Source: Polyangiales bacterium (lineage in GTDB: Bacteria; Myxococcota_A; Polyangia; Polyangiales; Polyangiaceae). Taken from it: 64,000 nucleotides of DNA. The notes under the pieces were generated by a model. The model saw only the letters and a program-made list of their open reading frames with translations, searched no databases and had not been told where the DNA came from. Both the position numbers and the translations under genes were made by a program. Below are positions 56,945 to 64,000 of this stretch, in pieces (the first letter of the stretch is position 1; each line of letters opens with the position of its first letter). Where the stretch lies: the NCBI GenBank assembly GCA_038231275.1, contig JBBRLQ010000008.1:205645-269644 (forward strand). The letters run 5' to 3'.

Positions 56945-57979
56945 ATGGCCATCATCGTCGACGACGGCGTCGCCCACGCCGCGAAGGTGCTCGTGACCAC
57001 CGCGCTGCACCTCCGCGAGGGGGACCGCTTCGTCGTCATCTGCGACGCGGACTCGAGCCACCTCGCCACGGTCGTGAAGCACGAGGCCGAGGAGCTCGGC
57101 GTCCAGGTCACGCTCGCGCGCCTCGACCAGCTCCGCTCCGTGTCGACGAACCACACCGGCGAGCGCCCGCACAAGGTCCTCCCCGACGTCGTAAGGCGCG
57201 CGATGCTCGCGGCGCAGGCGAGTGTATTTCTCGCGAGCGCCCCGCACACCGAGCTCAGCATGCGCGAGCAGCTCCAGCACATCGTGGGGGCGTGCAAGGT
57301 CCGCCACGCCCACATGCCGGCGCTCTCCGATCGCGCGTTCGCCAGCGGGCTCAAGAGCGACTGCGCGCACCTCGAGGCGTGGGGGCGGGCGATGGAGCAC
57401 GTCCTCGATCCTGGGCGCACCCTCGAAGCGACGAGCGCCGCCGGCACCAGCCTGCGACTCGGCTTCTCGAGCGCCAACCGCTGGACGCCGCACCTCGGCA
57501 CGATCGCGGCCGGCCAGATGTCGACGCTGCCGGCGGGCGCGCTCTTCGCGCAGCCGGAGACGGTCGACGGCGTCTTCGTCGCGAACGCGGCGGTGAGCGA
57601 TTTCTTCGGCGTGCGCGAAGGCCTCCTCGAGGCCAAGCCGGTCACCTTCCACATCAAGGATGGGCGCGTCGAACGCGTCGTCGCGCCGAACGCGCCCGAG
57701 CTCCAGAGCGACATCGAGGCGATGATTGGCGTCGCCCCCAACTCCAACCGCGTCGGCCTCGCGATCGTCGGCGTGAACGCGGATCTGTCGCCGACCGGCG
57801 CGGCGGTCGTGGACGAGAACCTGCCGGGCCTCCACCTCGTGATCGGGGACGTCGCTGGCCGCGTGCGCGCGACGACCTGGAGCGCACGAACGTCCTTCAC
57901 GGCGTGCGCCTCGGGCGGCACCCTCTCGGTCGACGGCGTCGTCGCGATCGAGGCCGGCAAGCTGTCCGTCCCGTCCTGA
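56945..57979 (+). CDS. Peptidase M29 (aminopeptidase T)-like protein, probably lacking several metal ligands
   Basis: LHLREGDRFVVICD, HAHMP, TSAAGTSL, LPAG, VDGVFV, IKDGRV, GVN, DENLPGLHLVIG. Confidence 0.8.
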   Translation: MAIIVDDGVAHAAKVLVTTALHLREGDRFVVICDADSSHLATVVKHEAEELGVQVTLARLDQLRSVSTNHTGERPHKVLPDVVRRAMLAAQASVFLASAPHTELSMREQLQHIVGACKVRHAHMPALSDRAFASGLKSDCAHLEAWGRAMEHVLDPGRTLEATSAAGTSLRLGFSSANRWTPHLGTIAAGQMSTLPAGALFAQPETVDGVFVANAAVSDFFGVREGLLEAKPVTFHIKDGRVERVVAPNAPELQSDIEAMIGVAPNSNRVGLAIVGVNADLSPTGAAVVDENLPGLHLVIGDVAGRVRATTWSARTSFTACASGGTLSVDGVVAIEAGKLSVPS

Positions 57980-57993
57980 GCGACTGAGCGAGC

Positions 57994-59712
57994 CTAGCGA
58001 ACTCGCTCGAAGATCCAGATCTCGCGCGCGGTCGACGCGTGGATGTTGAGGCGCGGCCAGAACGCACTCGTCCACTTCGCATCGTGTACGCGCCGAAATC
58101 CGCGGCGATCCTTCACGAGCGCCTGGAAGAAGGTGGTGCCGTCGACCTCGGTGCTGTTTTCGTGCTGGGTCTTGGGGAGGACCTTCCCGCTGGACGCGCT
58201 CCACTCGTCGAGATCGATGAGGTAGCGCCACACCCAACCTTCGCTGACCACGACGAAGCGCGCGGGCCGCGTCTCGGCGTCGCCGTAGTCGCCCTGCACC
58301 TCGAGCACCCCGGGAAGCGGATTGCGCTTGTCGACGGGCTCGTGCGCGACGCGAATCACCTTCGCTGCCGCGGGAAAGCGTGGAAGATACACATTGAGGC
58401 CGTGCACCTCGATCACGTCGCCCGGAGAGACGTGCGCGCCGAGCCACTCCTCGGCGTCGTAGCGCGGGTCGAGGATGAGATTGGCATCGACGTCGGCGCA
58501 CATGAAGAGGCCCCACGCGAGGACGAGCGCCGCGATCCCCCTGCCGATGCGACGTCGGAGCTCACCGCGAAGCTCGAAGACGAGCACGTCGACGAAGATG
58601 CCTGCGTACACCGACCATAGGACCATCTGGGGAAGCAGGAACCGGTGCTCGGTCCGCCGCGCTGTGCAGTTGAAGAGCACGGTGAACGAGATCGCGCCGA
58701 GGAGCGGGACCAGCGACGCCGCGCGCACGTTCTCCCGCGCGCCGCGGACGACGAGCACGAGGCCCACCACGACCGCCGGCGCGAGCACCCACGGGTAGTA
58801 GCGATCGAATCGCGTGAGGCTGTCGGCGACGACGAGAGCGAGCCCCTTCGCGTCGGTGGAATAGTGCGCGAAATCTTGCGACGCCGAGCCGACGAGGAAC
58901 GCGAGACGCGCGCGGAACCCGGTCGGATTGAAGACGATCGCCAGCGTGACGAGCAGCAGCGCCGCGAAGGTCAGGGTCGCGACGAGCGCCTGCGCGGCGA
59001 TGGCGCGCGCGTTCTTGCGTGCCCACGGATCGAGGGCGAGCCAAAGTACGACCGCCGCCGGCGCGGCCAGACCGAGGACCGCGTACGCCTGATCCTTGGT
59101 GCCGATCGCGAGCGCGCCGAACAGCGCGACCGCGCGCAAGCGCCGCGGCTCCCGACGCGCCAGCGCACGCACGAGCGACAGCAGCGCGAGCGACGCCCAG
59201 AAGAGGTACGGCACGTCGAGGTTGGTCGTGTGACCGTAGTAGGTGAGCGGCGCGTTCACCCCGCACACGACCGCCACGCAGACGCCGGCGCGCGCCCCCC
59301 GCAGCTCCTCGCCGATCTTCGCCATGGCCCAGCAGATGCCGACGCTCATGAGCGCCGCCACCGCGCGCGCGACAACCGCGACCATCGTCATGTACGGGAC
59401 CTTGAGGATCTCTCCGATGACGTCCGCCGGCGCGAGCGAGGGTGCCTTCGCGACGGCCACGCCGGTGATGGGCGACGTCAGGACGCCCAACAAGAGGAGG
59501 TGCACCGGCGGATAGGTGAAGAATTTCCCAGGGGTGAACGTCTCGACGAGCCCCGAGAGGAAATCGCGCGGGGCCACTCCGTCGTTGTCCCAGCCGTCCG
59601 AGGCAGGCAGCCCCCACCCGAGCCCGACGATCCGGAGCATCATGACGCACGTAAGCACGCAGAAGAGCGGGTTCGCCGCAGCGCCTGGTAGTCGGTCCCG
59701 CACGCGTCTCAT
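57994..59712 (-). CDS. ArnT/PMT-like (GT-C) membrane glycosyltransferase
   Basis: GLGWGLP..WDNDG, YPPVH, AR, H...DVP, TKDQ, RFLLP; about 11 TM helices and a periplasmic C-terminal domain. Start uncertain. Confidence 0.8.
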   Translation of the reverse strand: MRRVRDRLPGAAANPLFCVLTCVMMLRIVGLGWGLPASDGWDNDGVAPRDFLSGLVETFTPGKFFTYPPVHLLLLGVLTSPITGVAVAKAPSLAPADVIGEILKVPYMTMVAVVARAVAALMSVGICWAMAKIGEELRGARAGVCVAVVCGVNAPLTYYGHTTNLDVPYLFWASLALLSLVRALARREPRRLRAVALFGALAIGTKDQAYAVLGLAAPAAVVLWLALDPWARKNARAIAAQALVATLTFAALLLVTLAIVFNPTGFRARLAFLVGSASQDFAHYSTDAKGLALVVADSLTRFDRYYPWVLAPAVVVGLVLVVRGARENVRAASLVPLLGAISFTVLFNCTARRTEHRFLLPQMVLWSVYAGIFVDVLVFELRGELRRRIGRGIAALVLAWGLFMCADVDANLILDPRYDAEEWLGAHVSPGDVIEVHGLNVYLPRFPAAAKVIRVAHEPVDKRNPLPGVLEVQGDYGDAETRPARFVVVSEGWVWRYLIDLDEWSASSGKVLPKTQHENSTEVDGTTFFQALVKDRRGFRRVHDAKWTSAFWPRLNIHASTAREIWIFERVR

Positions 59713-59805
59713 CGCCGGGCGATGACGTAGCAGACGACGGCGCCTATCGTCGACCTGGCGCATCTAACGGCATGCATTCTGCGTGCGTTTGAGTATGCTC
59801 CCGCC

Positions 59806-61533
59806 GTGGTCGTGCGCCCGCCGGCGACCCCCTTTTTTTCGAGGCTCATGACGTCCCAGGTTTCGCAGCCGACCCGTGCCGCCGCCGCCGAAGCCGCGCC
59901 GGTGCTGGATCACGCGCGCGGGACGCCGAGCGTCATGCCGTGGATTGGGCTCGGCCTGCTCGGAATCGGTGCCACGCTCGTCTTCTGGATCTTCGACGCG
60001 CTGCCCTTCCAGGATTTGCCCGCGCACGCCGGCCTCATCGCGATGCGGCACCGCTTCGCGAGCTCGGCGTTCGAGCAGCGCTTCTTCGTCCTGGCGCCGC
60101 ACATCGGGCCATACTCGCTCTTCAGGTTCCTGGGCGAGCTCTTCGTCGGCGTGATTGGACCGGTCGGCGCGGTGCGGGCGATCGCGACGCTGCCGGTCAT
60201 CGCGACGCCCCTCGCGCTCCTCTATGCGCGCCGCACGCTCCACGGCGATCGGTCGCCCATCGCGGGCTTCCTCGGGCTGGCGCTGGCGTTCGGCCTCATG
60301 ACGCTCCTCGGCTTCGCGAGCTATTTGCTCGGCGTCGCCGTGATGCTCGTCGGGCTCACGCTCTGGCTCGATCTCCTCGCGCGCGCCGATCACGCCGCCG
60401 ACGGGCGGGTCACGCGCCGCCGCGAGCTGGTGATGGCGGCGTTCGCGCCGATCATGTTCATCGGCCACGGCCACGCGTTCGTCCTCTTCCTCGTGCTGGC
60501 GGGCGTTTCGTGCGTCGCCGCAGGGAATCGCCGGGCGCGCCTGCTTCGACTCCGCACGTTGATTCCGGCGGTGGGCCTCGCGGCGTACGTGGCGTGGCTG
60601 GAGCGCGGCCCGGCGACGCCCCCCGGCTCCGTCGCCGTCTCCCACGAGGGCCTCGTCCCGCATTTTCAGGGCGCCGCCGACAAGCTCAGCTTGCTCCTCA
60701 CGCCGACGCTCCTCACGCGCACCGGGGTCGACATCGTCGCGGGCTTGGCGCTCTGGGGCGTCGTCATCGGCGTGAGCGTCGCGACCATTCGCGGGCTCCG
60801 CGCGCCCGCGCCCCTCCTGCCCCTCCTGCCCCCCCTGCCCCCCGCCGCCCCCGGCGCCCCCGGCGCGGATCTCGAGGCCGACGCCCGATCGCGCGTGCAC
60901 TCACGCAGCCTTTACGCGGGTGCGCTCGTCATCGGTCTCCTCTTCTTGGCACTGCCGCACGCCATCGGCTGGTTCGGCTTCGTCGACGGACGGCTCGTGC
61001 CCATCGTCCTCTACCTCGCCATCCTCGGCTTCCGGCGCGAGTCGCTCGGGCGCTTCGGACAGGCGAGCCTCGATCGCGGCGCGCCGGCAATCGCGGCGAC
61101 CATGATCCTCGTCGCGTTCGGCGCGTCGTACCGCTTCCAGGACGAGGCGCGCGGTTTTCACGAGATCCTCGCCGAGGTCCCGCGAGAGGCCCGCCTCCTC
61201 AACCTGCCGCTCGATCCGAACAGCGCCATCTTCACGGCGCACCCGTTCATCCACTACGACAAGCTCGTCCTCGCCGAGCGACCGATCGTGGTGAGCGACA
61301 TCTGGTTCCACCAGGGCTCTGCGCTCTACCCGACGCGCGAGAACCCGGCGCTCCGGCTGCCCGACTCGTACAGTGAGAGCGATCTGCGCGTCCTCGACTG
61401 GCCCGCGTACAAGCTCGAGGACTGGGACTACGTTCTCGTCCGCACGCGCGCCGACGGGGTCCCTCCGCCGCCGCCTGCGTCGCTCGAGCTCGCCGACCAC
61501 CGCGGCGGCTGGTGGCTCTACCGTCGTCACTGA
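59806..61533 (+). CDS. Polytopic membrane protein, GT-C-like
   Basis: PFQDLPAH in the first loop, GFASYLLG, many TM helices, periplasmic C-terminal domain ending WDYVLVR..WWLYRR. TATGCT lies 6 nt before the GTG. Confidence 0.72.
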   Translation: MVVRPPATPFFSRLMTSQVSQPTRAAAAEAAPVLDHARGTPSVMPWIGLGLLGIGATLVFWIFDALPFQDLPAHAGLIAMRHRFASSAFEQRFFVLAPHIGPYSLFRFLGELFVGVIGPVGAVRAIATLPVIATPLALLYARRTLHGDRSPIAGFLGLALAFGLMTLLGFASYLLGVAVMLVGLTLWLDLLARADHAADGRVTRRRELVMAAFAPIMFIGHGHAFVLFLVLAGVSCVAAGNRRARLLRLRTLIPAVGLAAYVAWLERGPATPPGSVAVSHEGLVPHFQGAADKLSLLLTPTLLTRTGVDIVAGLALWGVVIGVSVATIRGLRAPAPLLPLLPPLPPAAPGAPGADLEADARSRVHSRSLYAGALVIGLLFLALPHAIGWFGFVDGRLVPIVLYLAILGFRRESLGRFGQASLDRGAPAIAATMILVAFGASYRFQDEARGFHEILAEVPREARLLNLPLDPNSAIFTAHPFIHYDKLVLAERPIVVSDIWFHQGSALYPTRENPALRLPDSYSESDLRVLDWPAYKLEDWDYVLVRTRADGVPPPPPASLELADHRGGWWLYRRH

Positions 61534-61791
61534 CCTGTCTCGTGCTGCACGCTGAACGAGCAGCAGGCCGTCCTCGAACGACGACACCCGTACCCATACG
61601 CCGTCGCAAAACGACGACAGGCGCCCAAATCCCCGCGTCAACTGAGCGAATCGAGGTCCGGCACTCCCCTTGCGAAGAGGTCCCTTCGAAGGTGATTCAA
61701 GGTGAAATCAGGGACGACCACGAGGCTTCAGGTGGATCGCGCCAGTCGTTTGCCGTTCCGGCCAAACGACTTCTGCTCTAAGAGAGGTTCC

Positions 61792-63144
<1,353 letters not shown>

Positions 63145-63155
63145 GGAGCGTCGCG

Positions 63156-64000
63156 ATGCGCCGCTGGCTGGTCACCGGGGGGGTCGGCTTCATCGGCTAC
63201 CACCTCTGTCGCGCGCTCCTCGATCGCGGTGATCTGGTCACCGTGCTCGACGACTTCAGCGACGCGCCCTACCCGACGCGGATGAAGGAGCAGAACCAGC
63301 GCGATCTGCTCGCCGCGCATCCCGGCGTCCCGATCGTGCGCGCGTGCATCACCGACGCGAAGGCCACGCGGAAGCTCTACGACGGAAAGGACGGCGTGCT
63401 CCACCTCGCGGGCCTCGCGGGCGTCAGGCCGTCGTTCGACGACCCTGCGAGGTATTCGCGCGTGAACGTCGAGGGGACCGCCACGGTGGTCGAGTGCGCC
63501 CTCGAAGCGGGGATCACGCAGATCCTCTTCGCGTCGAGCTCGTCGGTCTACGGCAACTCGACCCCGCTGCCGGCTCACGAAGACGCGCCGGCGATCGTCC
63601 CTGAGTCGCCCTACGCGGCGTCGAAGCGCGGCGCAGAGCTCGTGGCCGGCGCGATCTGCAAGCGCGCCCCGCAGCTCTCGTGCACGGCGCTGCGCTTCTT
63701 CACCGTGTACGGCCCTCGCCAGCGTCCAGAGATGGCGATCACGCTTTGGGCGCGGGCTCTCCTGGCGCGGGCGCCGATCACGCTCTTCGGCGACGGCTCG
63801 ATGCGCCGCGACTTCACGCACATCGACGACATCGTCCGCGGCGTGCTCGCCGCGACAGCCTCCACGCACCCCGGCCTTCGCGCCTACAACCTGGGCTCGG
63901 GGGCCCCGATCGATCTCGTCGGCCTCTGGCGCGCGCTCGGCCCGGCCGCCGCCGCCGAGCCGGTCCTCACGCGCGCGCCGGGCCCTCCCGGCGACGTCGA
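63156..64000 (+). CDS. NAD-dependent epimerase (UDP-glucuronate 4-epimerase-like), 3' end outside the window
   Basis: Read manually: MRRWLVTGGVGFIGYHL, HLAGLAGVRPS, ASSSSVYG, SPYAASK, LRFFTVYGPRQRPEMA, RDFTHIDD. Confidence 0.92.
   Translation, partial: MRRWLVTGGVGFIGYHLCRALLDRGDLVTVLDDFSDAPYPTRMKEQNQRDLLAAHPGVPIVRACITDAKATRKLYDGKDGVLHLAGLAGVRPSFDDPARYSRVNVEGTATVVECALEAGITQILFASSSSVYGNSTPLPAHEDAPAIVPESPYAASKRGAELVAGAICKRAPQLSCTALRFFTVYGPRQRPEMAITLWARALLARAPITLFGDGSMRRDFTHIDDIVRGVLAATASTHPGLRAYNLGSGAPIDLVGLWRALGPAAAAEPVLTRAPGPPGDV

Overview
A very GC-rich, gene-dense chromosomal segment, most likely from a Myxococcota genome of the Polyangiaceae/Sorangiineae type. This is inferred from five Hanks-type Ser/Thr kinases, TPR-PEGA proteins, Cys-rich lipoproteins and Pro-rich tails. 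About 47 CDS are supported. I saw no rRNA, tRNA, CRISPR array or transposase/integrase. Core loci are lptA-lptB-rpoN-hpf-ptsN-hprK-rapZ-HPr-EI, rpsO-pnp, a Uup-type ABC-F, an SDR, and ugd plus an epimerase next to GT-C-type membrane proteins. The best candidate for an undescribed system is a three-gene operon at 19058-24867. It encodes a Cys-rich 5'-nucleotidase lipoprotein, a lipoprotein with ExeM/YhcR-like OB-fold motifs but no nuclease domain, and an outer-membrane beta-barrel, and it is preceded by a 24-bp-arm palindrome. It may be a surface nucleic-acid/nucleotide capture locus. Other notable items: (1) a solitary TPR-dynamin-like GTPase where kdsD/kdsC/lptC usually precede lptA; (2) a sigma54 site upstream of rpoN itself; (3) a kinase with a Tyr-kinase-like catalytic loop (HRDLAPRN); (4) a POT transporter with an extracytoplasmic insert at the position of the mammalian PepT1/2 domain; (5) a pseudouridine synthase-methyltransferase fusion; (6) two families of REP-like hairpin repeats; (7) many leaderless-type promoters. 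All family assignments come from motif recognition by eye. No searches were run.
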